From an uncultured delta proteobacterium (GTDB taxonomy: Bacteria; Desulfobacterota; Syntrophorhabdia; Syntrophorhabdales; WCHB1-27): DNA of 64,000 nt. The stretch lies in NCBI GenBank assembly GCA_963810935.1, contig CAWEPK010000007.1, forward strand, positions 64,001 to 128,000, given 5' to 3'. Of the stretch, positions 30,883-38,997 are shown in pieces. Both the position numbers and the translations under genes were made by a program. Every line of letters starts with the position of its first letter. Within the stretch, counting starts at the first letter, position 1. The notes beneath the pieces were generated by a model that saw only the letters and a list, made by a program, of their open reading frames with translations, was not told the origin of the DNA and did not search any database.

Positions 30883-32250
30883 TCAGTAATAAATCCTCAT
30901 CCTCATCCCGTAGACCTGCACCGGCCCCCTGTCTTTGTTGTAGGCAGGGTTCCAGATGTACTGGAAGTCGGGGCTTATCTGCACGTACCTGCCTACCTGT
31001 ATCCTGTAGTAGGCCTCCGTCACCTGCTCCAGGCCGTAGTTCAGCGTCCCGTCCCCTACGAGCATGCCTATGCCTCCCTGTTGGAGATAATGCTGGTGGG
31101 AGGATGTAATGCCGCTCAACCCGAAGGCCAGGCCTGCCTGGTCCTCCTGCCTACCCCAGTTCTTGCCGCTTACCTGCATCCCTACGCTTGCGTGCCTGTC
31201 CGACTCCGTGTAGGACCAGTTGGAGTTTGTGCCGTTGGCCCAGCCGAGTCTTGCGAAAAGGCCCGTATCCCCTTCGTTGGCAAGTGGCTGCTCTACATTG
31301 ATGCCGAAGCCGTACTTGACGTGGCCCGGCCGGCCGTTGAGGGTGGTATCGGGTGCGTTACCTGTTAATGCACCTAAGGCGATGGCATCCTTGTAGTCGC
31401 CCATGCGCCCCTCGTTACGGTAAGCGAGAAGACGAATTACGGGACCCTTCTCCCAGTGGGCGAGGTCAAGCTCAAGGTTGTCTCCCCTGGCCTTGTAAAT
31501 ATTGCTGTCCAATTCATAACCGTTTCTGCTGGTAGGGACCTGGTAGCTGCCTAAGATAAGCCTCCATGCCGGGTGGACAAGAGCGGCGGAGAAGCCTATC
31601 GAGTATCCCCTTGTATCGGATGCATAGTCCCAGGCGGTATTAAATAAAAAGTCATAGTTCATGAACTGCGTGCGGCCGTTATTGGCATAGCGGTTCTGGT
31701 CGAAGTCGTCCGTAGGGGCGAGCTTGCCCCCCTTTATCTCTATCCGGTGGGCAAACTGCTTGCCCGGTATCTGGTCCACGCCTCTTTCTACAGGCTCCGT
31801 CGTGATATTCGATAAGGGGATCACATACCTCCCGTAGAGACGCGCGAGGTAAGGGTCCTGGCCCAGATTGGCGGGTCCTGCCCTTATAACGTCTGCATTC
31901 GTATACCCGCCCAAACCAATGCCGTTGCTTATGCCCGATCCCCTGAACATCTCGAAGTCGGCGTATGCCTGGAGGGAATTGGTTATCTGCGACCCTAAGT
32001 AGATGCCGTAGACATGGGTCAACTGCTGCTTGAAGCTGTGGTCTAAAATAAAGCTCTTATCTCCCGTATAGGGGCTGGGAAAACCAGGGGCATTCTGGTA
32101 GACGGCGTTCACCTGGGCACCCAGGAGCTGCGGCGTCCAGGAGGGCCAGTTTGCGGATGGGCCGTCTGCGGCGAAGGCGGTCGTCAACGAGAGGCAAAGG
32201 CTCGCCGCGCCGATAAAGATGAGAACGGGCCAAAGGAGCGTGCCCCGCAT
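30883..32250 (-). CDS. OprB-like porin of the MnoP (high-affinity metal porin) type
   Basis: Signal peptide; FDQNRYANNGRTQFMN...AWDYASDTRGY and SPDFQYIWNPAYNKDRGPV motifs. The start could instead be 32346, which is coupled to cbiN. Confidence 0.78.
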   Translation of the reverse strand: MRGTLLWPVLIFIGAASLCLSLTTAFAADGPSANWPSWTPQLLGAQVNAVYQNAPGFPSPYTGDKSFILDHSFKQQLTHVYGIYLGSQITNSLQAYADFEMFRGSGISNGIGLGGYTNADVIRAGPANLGQDPYLARLYGRYVIPLSNITTEPVERGVDQIPGKQFAHRIEIKGGKLAPTDDFDQNRYANNGRTQFMNYDFLFNTAWDYASDTRGYSIGFSAALVHPAWRLILGSYQVPTSRNGYELDSNIYKARGDNLELDLAHWEKGPVIRLLAYRNEGRMGDYKDAIALGALTGNAPDTTLNGRPGHVKYGFGINVEQPLANEGDTGLFARLGWANGTNSNWSYTESDRHASVGMQVSGKNWGRQEDQAGLAFGLSGITSSHQHYLQQGGIGMLVGDGTLNYGLEQVTEAYYRIQVGRYVQISPDFQYIWNPAYNKDRGPVQVYGMRMRIYY

Positions 32251-32342
32251 AATTTTCGTATATCGGCCCCGTCGGAGAGGATTGAGTAAGCGCGTATCAC
32301 ACTTTCCTTTCATATTGTGATACAGGATTACGGTGTCACGGT

Positions 32343-32627
32343 TCATTTCGGTTTCCTTTCAGTGAGACTTCTCCAGCAGTACCCCATAGCAAACCCGCCG
32401 ACCGCGCCGGCGATGAGAAAAACGAAGAGGAGAAGGTCCCCCTGATCGGTATTGATGAGAGGAGTCCTTGCTTCTCTTCCGTGCTCTTTGGCAACACGCC
32501 CGACAACCGTTTCATCGACGCCCTGCCATTTTTCCTGTTCAGCGCAAGCGAGGGGCGCCAGGGAGAGAAGGAGAACGATCAATAGCGATATCAAGACCAT
32601 TGCGCTTAGAAGTCTTAGTCTGCTCAT
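32343..32627 (-). CDS. cbiN: CbiN-like ECF cobalt transporter component
   Basis: WQGVDETVVG...GREA..PLINTDQGDLLLFVF...GGF..GY; two TM segments; coupled to cbiM. Confidence 0.75.
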   Translation of the reverse strand: MSRLRLLSAMVLISLLIVLLLSLAPLACAEQEKWQGVDETVVGRVAKEHGREARTPLINTDQGDLLLFVFLIAGAVGGFAMGYCWRSLTERKPK

Positions 32628-33382
32628 GGCTTTGTTTCCTCCTTCCTAATCACGTGCATTTTTACGAGAAGCTCCGGCCTTCTTCTGCTGAGCAGCACTA
32701 TGACCCCCGCAGTCATGGCCCCCTCGACTATTCCGAGGGGAAGCTGTGTCGGGATGAAGGCGATCAGGAGCTTCCAGAAAAGAGGAATGAACGGCGTGTC
32801 GCCCTTTATGCCCGAGGCAAGCTCGACGGAGGTCGCGATGTAGGTTGCCCAGTCCGCGAATAAACCTGCAACAAAAGCGGCTATGCCGATTCCGACCCCC
32901 AGTCTTCTAAGTGCCTTGAACGTCAAATAACCCGCATAGGACCCCATGACGCCCATGGACATGATGTTGGCGCCTAAGGTGCTTAAGCCCCCGTGTGAGA
33001 GGAAGAGCGCCTGTATCAGGAGTGCCACGGAGGCGGCAAGCACGCTTATACCGGGGCCAAGGAGTATCGCGGACATCCCCGTGCCGCACGGGTGCGAGCA
33101 TGTCCCCACAGTGGGCACGGGTATGGGCATGCACGAGATGACAAAGACCGCAGCGGCCATGAACCCGACCAGGGGCTTAAACGAAATGTCAATAGAAGAA
33201 AGCCGTTTCAGCCTGTATAGACCGTACACTACGAAAGGCGTTGCCACGACGAACCACAATACTGCCCAGGGCAGGGGAAGTATTCCCTCCGTGATGTGCA
33301 TGGCATGAACGGGGCAGGGGTCGAGCACATGAAAAAAAGTAAAGGTTGAAAAAGAAATGAAGGTCAGTAAAGCTTTTTTCAT
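32624..33382 (-). CDS. cbiM: ECF cobalt transporter S component CbiM
   Basis: Cleavable leader ending VHA then MHITEGILP; GTCSHPCG and HGGLSTLGAN; located under a cobalamin riboswitch. Confidence 0.92.
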   Translation of the reverse strand: MKKALLTFISFSTFTFFHVLDPCPVHAMHITEGILPLPWAVLWFVVATPFVVYGLYRLKRLSSIDISFKPLVGFMAAAVFVISCMPIPVPTVGTCSHPCGTGMSAILLGPGISVLAASVALLIQALFLSHGGLSTLGANIMSMGVMGSYAGYLTFKALRRLGVGIGIAAFVAGLFADWATYIATSVELASGIKGDTPFIPLFWKLLIAFIPTQLPLGIVEGAMTAGVIVLLSRRRPELLVKMHVIRKEETKP

Positions 33383-33439
33383 ATTCCCTCCGAAATCAGC
33401 TATTGCAGTGTTCTAATGACAGTCCTCCGTTCCAGGCAC

Positions 33440-33479
33440 AAAAAAATCCCCGGACCTGGATCTACCAGGTCCGGGGATA
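33440..33479 (-). terminator. Intrinsic terminator in the cbiM leader (riboswitch expression platform)
   Basis: Minus strand: ATCCCCGGACCTGG-taga-tCCAGGTCCGGGGAT-TTTTTT. Confidence 0.8.
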
Positions 33480-33549
33480 CCGTTTTTCATCCTCCGAACA
33501 AAAAAAGCGACCGCCCCTTTACCACGGGGGACGAGTCTGTGTATAGCCT

Positions 33550-33715
33550 CCAAGAAGGTCTTCCGGCTTCCGGATCATATTACTTGCCGCGTCTTCCCAT
33601 CCCGCTTGGGCGGAACAGTGACATCGTGCGGCTTTCATCCCCGGTTACGGCGGCGGGTCCGCGACGGATTTGCACCGTCTTCCCTGTTATGGCCTATATG
33701 GCCTCTCGTGAGATA
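33550..33715 (-). ncRNA. Cobalamin riboswitch (controls cbiMN-porins)
   Basis: Minus strand: AACAGGGAAgacGGTGCAAATCCgtcGCGGACCCGCCGCCGTAA...CACTG...GGGAAG...AGCCGGAAGACCT (B12 box). Confidence 0.93.
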
Positions 33716-33819
33716 TTTATCTATAAGCCATCGGCCGGGGGGAAGTCAAGCCTGTTTTGCGGAATTATCATTTGACAACAGTAAGAGTGCGTGCTAAATA
33801 CTCTATAGTCTAACGGGTA

Positions 33820-33993
33820 GTCGGAGGCCCTGGAAAGGGCCTTAAAAGGGAAGCCGGTGCGATTCCGGCACGGACCCGCCGCTGTGTGTGGGGACGAAAC
33901 CCGCTGATAGGCCACTGTGTCGCAAGCCTTAAAGACGAAGCGGCATGGGAAGGCGCGGGGAGTAGGGTGATCCACGAGTCAGAAGACCTGCCG
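33820..33993 (+). ncRNA. Cobalamin riboswitch (controls cbpA-cbpB)
   Basis: AAAAGGGAAgccGGTGCGATTCCggcACGGACCCGCCGCTGT...GCCACTG...GGGAAGGC...GAGTCAGAAGACCTGCC; TTGACA-N17-TAAATA promoter at 33772..33800. Confidence 0.94.
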
Positions 33994-34021
33994 CAAACCC
34001 GATAACACTTGGAGAAAAGGT

Positions 34022-34062
34022 AAATCCCCAGGCTGATTAAGATCAGTTTGGGGATTTTTTTT
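34022..34062 (+). terminator. Intrinsic terminator downstream of the plus-strand cobalamin riboswitch
   Basis: AAATCCCCAGGCTGAT-taag-ATCAGTTTGGGGATTTTTTTT. Confidence 0.85.
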
Positions 34063-34114
34063 ATGCCCCTTATTGATGAACGAGCTCAATTTCTCTTGAA
34101 AGGAGGTGACGGAC

Positions 34115-34207
34115 ATGAAGAAAGACGTGATCGCCTATCGCAAGTCCTGTAAGTCGAGCGGAGCGGGCCTGTCCCACTACATCATGGCAACGAAGAAGGA
34201 AGAGTAG
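34115..34207 (+). CDS. cbpA: 30-aa modified-peptide precursor, CbpA-like (MKKDVIAYRKSCKSSGAGLSHYIMATKKEE)
   Basis: Missed by the ORF track. Strong AGGAGGTG RBS; IAYRKxCxxxGxGLSHYI is the signature I recall for CbpA; sits immediately upstream of a SPASM radical SAM gene. Confidence 0.88.
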   Translation: MKKDVIAYRKSCKSSGAGLSHYIMATKKEE

Positions 34208-34294
34208 TTTTAATTGCGAAACAGGAGACGCCCCGGTGCTTTTGCCGAGGCGTCTCCTGCAACGTCCCGGAAAGATCAGCTCTGGAGGTTTGCG

Positions 34295-35705
34295 GTGTCA
34301 AACGTCGGAACAAGTAACCATGCGTCATCGAGAGGTACATACTTCAATACCGGAAACGGGCCGACTATTCAACTTATCGATATAGGGCATCAGGATTATA
34401 TTGCCCTGCTGGCCCCTGAAACAGCCTTCTGGTCGCTTCTCAAGAAAGACAAGGTTGGAGAAGCCCTCTCCAACGGTCCTTTCATGGAGCAATATCGTGA
34501 AAAGGCTGCAAGTTTCTCCGCCGAAATGGAGACGCTCCGCTTCGGTCTCAGCCCCGGCGCTGTTTATTTCAATCCGACAGAGAGGTGTAACCTCAATTGC
34601 GATTATTGCTATATCCCTGAGGCCATGCGGAAAAACGGCGAGCACATGTCGGAGGAAGCGCTGTTCGAGGCATTGGCTATACTGCAAGAGCACTTCGCGG
34701 AAACGGTAACGGACGGACGGCGCCCCCAGGTCGTCTTCCACGGCTCGGAGCCAATGATGGCCCGCAAGGTCGTGTTTGCGGCCATCGAACGCTATAAGGA
34801 TGCTTTCCTTTTCGGGATACAGACAAACGGGACGCTGCTGGATGACGCCGCCGTAGAATTCCTGACGGAGCGCGGCATCAGCATCGGTCTGTCCCTTGAC
34901 GGTCACGTCGGGGAGTTAGCGGACGCGGCCAGGAGGAACTGGGACGGAGCGGGCGTCTCCGGGAAGGTCGTCTCCGTCATCAGGAAGCTGCGGAACTATG
35001 AGAATTACAGCGTCATCTGCACCGTAACGCAACGGAACATGGAGGCCCTGCCCGATATCGTAGACCACTTCCATTCCCTGGGTATCCCCTCCTGTATGCT
35101 CAACCCTGTGCGGTGCACGCTGCCCGGCGGCCGCAACCTCAAACCGCAAGACCATGAGCTGGCAGGCCATTACCTCAAGGCCCTGGACCGGAATTACGAA
35201 TTGTACCGGACAACGGGCCGAAAGATGGTAGTCGCAAATTTTGCCAATGTCTTGTTGAGCATCGTCGCCCCGACCGCGCGCCGGCTCATGTGCGATATAT
35301 CCCCGTGCGGCGGCGGTCGCTGCTTCTTCGCCGTTTCTGCAAAAGGAGACCTCTTCCCGTGCAGCGAGTTCATAGGGATCCCGGAGTTTTGCGGGGGAAA
35401 CCTTTTCAAGGGCGAGATCAGACAGGCCCTCGATAGCCCCGCCTTCAAGAAAGTCACCGGCCGCCTTATCGAAAGGATCGAGCCGTGCGCCTCCTGCGCC
35501 GTCCGCCATTTCTGCGGTTCGCCGTGTCCGGCGGAAGCCTACGCAATGAACGGCGGAATCGACCGGCCGGGCGCATTTTGCGAGTCTGTACGAAGAACAG
35601 GTTCGCTACGCCTTGCGGGTGATAGCCGACGGCAGGGAAGACGAGTACCTGTGGGACAATTGGGACGCGGATACGACAACCAGCATGAACATCACGTCTC
35701 TTTGA
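34295..35705 (+). CDS. cbpB: Peptide-modifying radical SAM/SPASM enzyme, CbpB-like, with a probable +1 frameshift near 35585
   Basis: CNLNCDYC radical SAM motif, FHGSEP, QTNG; SPASM CGGGRC...FPC...CASC...CGSPC...FC. After AFCE the shifted frame gives LYEEQVRYALRVIADGREDEYLWD to the stop at 35705. GTG start after GGAGG. Confidence 0.85.
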
Positions 35706-36103
35706 GGCGACGCAAGGGCGCAGGGAAGAACGGAAAAGAAGAAGGGGACGGGCTGCTTTTTTCAAGTCTGTCGAGCGAAACATGAAGGCTATTTGTTGAT
35801 GCTCGTTACTTCAGTTGTGGCGATGCCCAACAAGATACCGAATATGGCGCCGGTTCATCCCTTCCTGCGAGCGCCTGTCCGGCTGAGTCGCTAGTTTTGG
35901 TAGGAGAAAGTGTTGCTGTCGCCAACCGGACGTCGCCATCGGGTTCGTCTGCAAAGAAGGGCCAGTATCAATCTTTTCGTCTTCCGGGATCATACTCCCC
36001 GAACCATGAGCAACAAGCGCAAGAAAGATGTTGTTAAACCTGCGCTGTTCTTGTTAGCATATAGAACGTAAAACACCAAACAAGTGCACAGGAGAGGCAA
36101 ACC

Positions 36104-36724
36104 GTGAAGAACATGGGCCTTGCAGCATTGGTAAAATCCATGGGATTGAAACGCGAAGCATTCATCTTTGCAACCTTGTTTTGCCTCCTCATCGTTAGTT
36201 GTTCTTTTTCGGTATACGCCGCAGGACCGGACGGCTTTGCCAATATCCCCTGGGGGGCGACGAAGCTGCAAGTCGACCAGGCGATGGCGCGGCAGGGGTT
36301 CAGGCCCGATCCTCGTAATCTATGCAGTCCTGGGATTACTTGCGCCGCCTACCATGGTAATCTGGCCGGGACTCCCGGATACCTTGAGTTTAGTTTTCTT
36401 AACGACGCTTTCTACTCCGGCCGTTTTATGATCCAGGTAAGCGATGGTGGTGGTACCGTGCAACGTGCATGCTCGAAGTTCTTACCCATTATTCAGGCCA
36501 AATATGGCTCACCAACGCAAACGGGTAATCGGCAGGGCATGACAGAATTTCAATGGGACGGGCTTCAACCTCCCGGTTCCCCGGACGCTGTCCAGATATA
36601 TGTGTCTTGCGACCCTGAATCCGAACGTTGCGGAGGGCAGTACTGTACCAGTGTCTTTACGATTATGTATAAGAACACCGGTCTGCAGCAGCATCTCGCC
36701 GGTCAGGACAGGAACGGATTGTAA
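36104..36724 (+). CDS. Hypothetical exported protein
   Basis: AGGAGAGG RBS, signal peptide, GF..IPWG motif and several Cys residues. Confidence 0.65.
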   Translation: MKNMGLAALVKSMGLKREAFIFATLFCLLIVSCSFSVYAAGPDGFANIPWGATKLQVDQAMARQGFRPDPRNLCSPGITCAAYHGNLAGTPGYLEFSFLNDAFYSGRFMIQVSDGGGTVQRACSKFLPIIQAKYGSPTQTGNRQGMTEFQWDGLQPPGSPDAVQIYVSCDPESERCGGQYCTSVFTIMYKNTGLQQHLAGQDRNGL

Positions 36725-36914
36725 TGCTATTAAGAGACCTTAAAGCGAAAAGAGCCTCCAACCAGGAGTGACGGGGGATAAGTCTCTTGACTCACACTTT
36801 TTGCCCTCACAGGACTCCCCACGTCCCGATTGCCGTGCGAAATCTTCAACGTTTCAGTCCATCGGCGGGGCGAGGCTTCGAGGAAGAAATAGTAAACCTA
36901 TGCCGCGCAATATC

Positions 36915-37012
36915 TTGACATAGCTCGCTTACGATTCTAAACTAAACGTGCCATGAAGGCAGCGACTGGTCCGAAGGCCGGCCCAGGTAAAGTTGCGTCG
37001 TGGCATTTTTTT
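36915..37012 (+). promoter_or_regulatory. Sigma70 promoter plus leader attenuator-like element, GCCAYGAAGGC motif (copy 3)
   Basis: TTGACA-N17-TAAACT (36915..36943), then TGCCATGAAGGCAGC-ga-CTGGTC(CGAA)GGCCGG...GTTGCGTCGTGGCA-TTTTTTT, just before the nikM RBS. Confidence 0.72.
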
Positions 37013-37028
37013 GCCTAAGGAGAGGCGC

Positions 37029-37712
37029 CTGCATATTCCGGACGGATATTTGAGCCCGCAAACCTACCTGCCGCTTTACGGCGCATCGGCCGTGTTCTGG
37101 TCCGTCGCCGTGAAGAAAGTCAGGCGGGACCTGCCAGCTAAGCATGTCCCATACCTTGCGATGGCAGCCGCCTTTTGCTTTTTGATCCAGATGTTCAACG
37201 TGCCTGCGCCGGGGGGGACGTCGGGACATGCGGTCGGGGCAGCGGTTGTCGCCATTCTCCTGGGGCCCTGGACCGCTGTCATCGCGCTTTCGGTCGTCCT
37301 CGTTATCCAGGCCCTAGTCTTCGGAGACGGCGGGATCACGGCGCTCGGCGCTAACTGCTTCAACATGGCGGTGCTGATGCCGTTTGTCTCTTATGCTTTT
37401 TTCAGGCTCATAGCGAGGGGCGCGCCCGGCCGCCGCAGGGTCTTCGTGGCCGCCTTCGTCGCGGGCTACGCGGGTCTTTGCGCGGCAGCGACAGCGGCGG
37501 GCTTCGAGTTCGGCATACAGCCGCTCATCGCGAGCGGACCCGACGGCAGGCCGCTTTACGCCCCGTACCCGTTGAAGATCGCAGTACCCGCGATGGCTTT
37601 AAGCCACCTGCTCGTGTTCGGCGTCATGGAGGGCCTCGTCACGGCCCTGATCGTCGCCTACGTATTCCGCCAGGAGCCGGACCGGTTCAAGGGCCTGCGG
37701 GGGCCGGCATGA
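37029..37712 (+). CDS. nikM: ECF nickel/cobalt S component (NikM-type), apparent CTG start codon
   Basis: (M)HIPDGYLSP, MFNVPAPGGTSGHAVG and FGDGGITALGAN; AAGGAGAGG RBS sits just before CTG-CAT-ATT. Confidence 0.88.
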   Translation: MHIPDGYLSPQTYLPLYGASAVFWSVAVKKVRRDLPAKHVPYLAMAAAFCFLIQMFNVPAPGGTSGHAVGAAVVAILLGPWTAVIALSVVLVIQALVFGDGGITALGANCFNMAVLMPFVSYAFFRLIARGAPGRRRVFVAAFVAGYAGLCAAATAAGFEFGIQPLIASGPDGRPLYAPYPLKIAVPAMALSHLLVFGVMEGLVTALIVAYVFRQEPDRFKGLRGPA

Positions 37713-38084
37713 TTGAAAAAGGCGGCGACCGAGAATAGCGATCGGGACGAGCGGGCATTCAAAAAGAAGCTCCTCATCGGGCTCATCGTGCTTGCCTGCC
37801 TCACGCCTCTCGGCATTATCCTCCCGCGGATTGCAGGCGGGGGCGAGGCTTGGGGGGAGTGGGGCCCGGAATATTTGCACAAGGCGCTCGGGTATTTGCC
37901 CGAAGGCTTGCAGAAGAGTATCGGCGTCTGGCATGCGCCTGTCTCGGGCTACGCGCTTCCGGCCGCAGGAGACTCCCTTGCCTCGCAGATAGCGTCGTAT
38001 GCCGCCTCCGGCGTGGCCGGGCTGCTCATAATAGTGGCGGTCGTATTTATCGTGATGAAGGTAATCAAAGGCCATGAACGATAG
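37713..38084 (+). CDS. nikN: PDGLE-domain ECF accessory protein (NikN-like)
   Basis: LTPLG...AWGEW...PEGL...APVSGY; two TM helices. Exact start is uncertain. Confidence 0.75.
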   Translation: MKKAATENSDRDERAFKKKLLIGLIVLACLTPLGIILPRIAGGGEAWGEWGPEYLHKALGYLPEGLQKSIGVWHAPVSGYALPAAGDSLASQIASYAASGVAGLLIIVAVVFIVMKVIKGHER

Positions 38085-38997
38085 GGTGCCGAAGTTTTTA
38101 TTATCGAAGGCGGAGCCGCCTGCGCCGCGTGCCCACAGCCGCATCCGCCGCCCGTTCATCGACCGTGCCCTCAACCGCATCGGCTCCGTGATCACCGTCA
38201 CCTTCGTCCAGTGGGAGCTTGCCTCGAAAAAGGGCCTCCTTCAATCGGTAGACGCCCGCGTCAAGGTGGTCTGCATGCTCTTTCTTGCGGTGGCCGCAAC
38301 GCTGAAGAACGACCTCGCGGCGCTGTTCGCCCTCGGCTGTTTCCTCGTCCTGCTTGCGGCGTTATCAAGGATCGCCCTCGGCTTCTTCCTGCGCAGGGTC
38401 TGCGTGCTTGCGGTCCTTTTCGGCGTGCTGGTGGGTCTTCCCGCTGCCTTCAACCTGGTGACGCCGGGCAGGGTCGTGCTGCCCATCGTCGCGTTCGACG
38501 GCCCTGTCCGCATCGGCCCGTTTGCCTTGCCCGCTGCGATAGGCATAACGGCCGAGGGGCTGACCATCGTCGCCCGCCTGTTCCTTCGCGTCGCGGATTG
38601 CCTGTGCGCCTCTTTCCTTTTGCTGTACACGACGCCGCTTTCGCAGATCATCAGGTCGCTGAAAGTTTTCCGGGTGCCCGACGCGGTCGTCCTCGTGCTC
38701 TTCCTGGCCTACAAATATATCTTCCTTTTTTCGAAGATGCTCGAGGATATGTACCTGGCCGCGCGCAGCAGGCTCGCCGGCTCCTTCAGCATGAAAGAGG
38801 CGAGGGACTGGTCCGCAGGCAGGGGGGCGGTGCTCTTCCGGAAGACCCAGGAAAGGTGTGAAGACGTGTTCCAGGCGATGACTGCGAGGGGCCTTAACAA
38901 GGGGATCGTCCTTGCCGATTCGTGCGCCCTGAAGGCGGCCGATATCGGCGCCGGCCTTGGCCTGGCTGTTGCGGGAGGTCTGCTGTTATGGCTGTGA
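38074..38997 (+). CDS. nikQ: ECF transmembrane T component (NikQ/CbiQ)
   Basis: DARVK, YKYIFLF...ARSR and AMTARG motifs. Confidence 0.88.
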   Translation: MNDRVPKFLLSKAEPPAPRAHSRIRRPFIDRALNRIGSVITVTFVQWELASKKGLLQSVDARVKVVCMLFLAVAATLKNDLAALFALGCFLVLLAALSRIALGFFLRRVCVLAVLFGVLVGLPAAFNLVTPGRVVLPIVAFDGPVRIGPFALPAAIGITAEGLTIVARLFLRVADCLCASFLLLYTTPLSQIIRSLKVFRVPDAVVLVLFLAYKYIFLFSKMLEDMYLAARSRLAGSFSMKEARDWSAGRGAVLFRKTQERCEDVFQAMTARGLNKGIVLADSCALKAADIGAGLGLAVAGGLLLWL

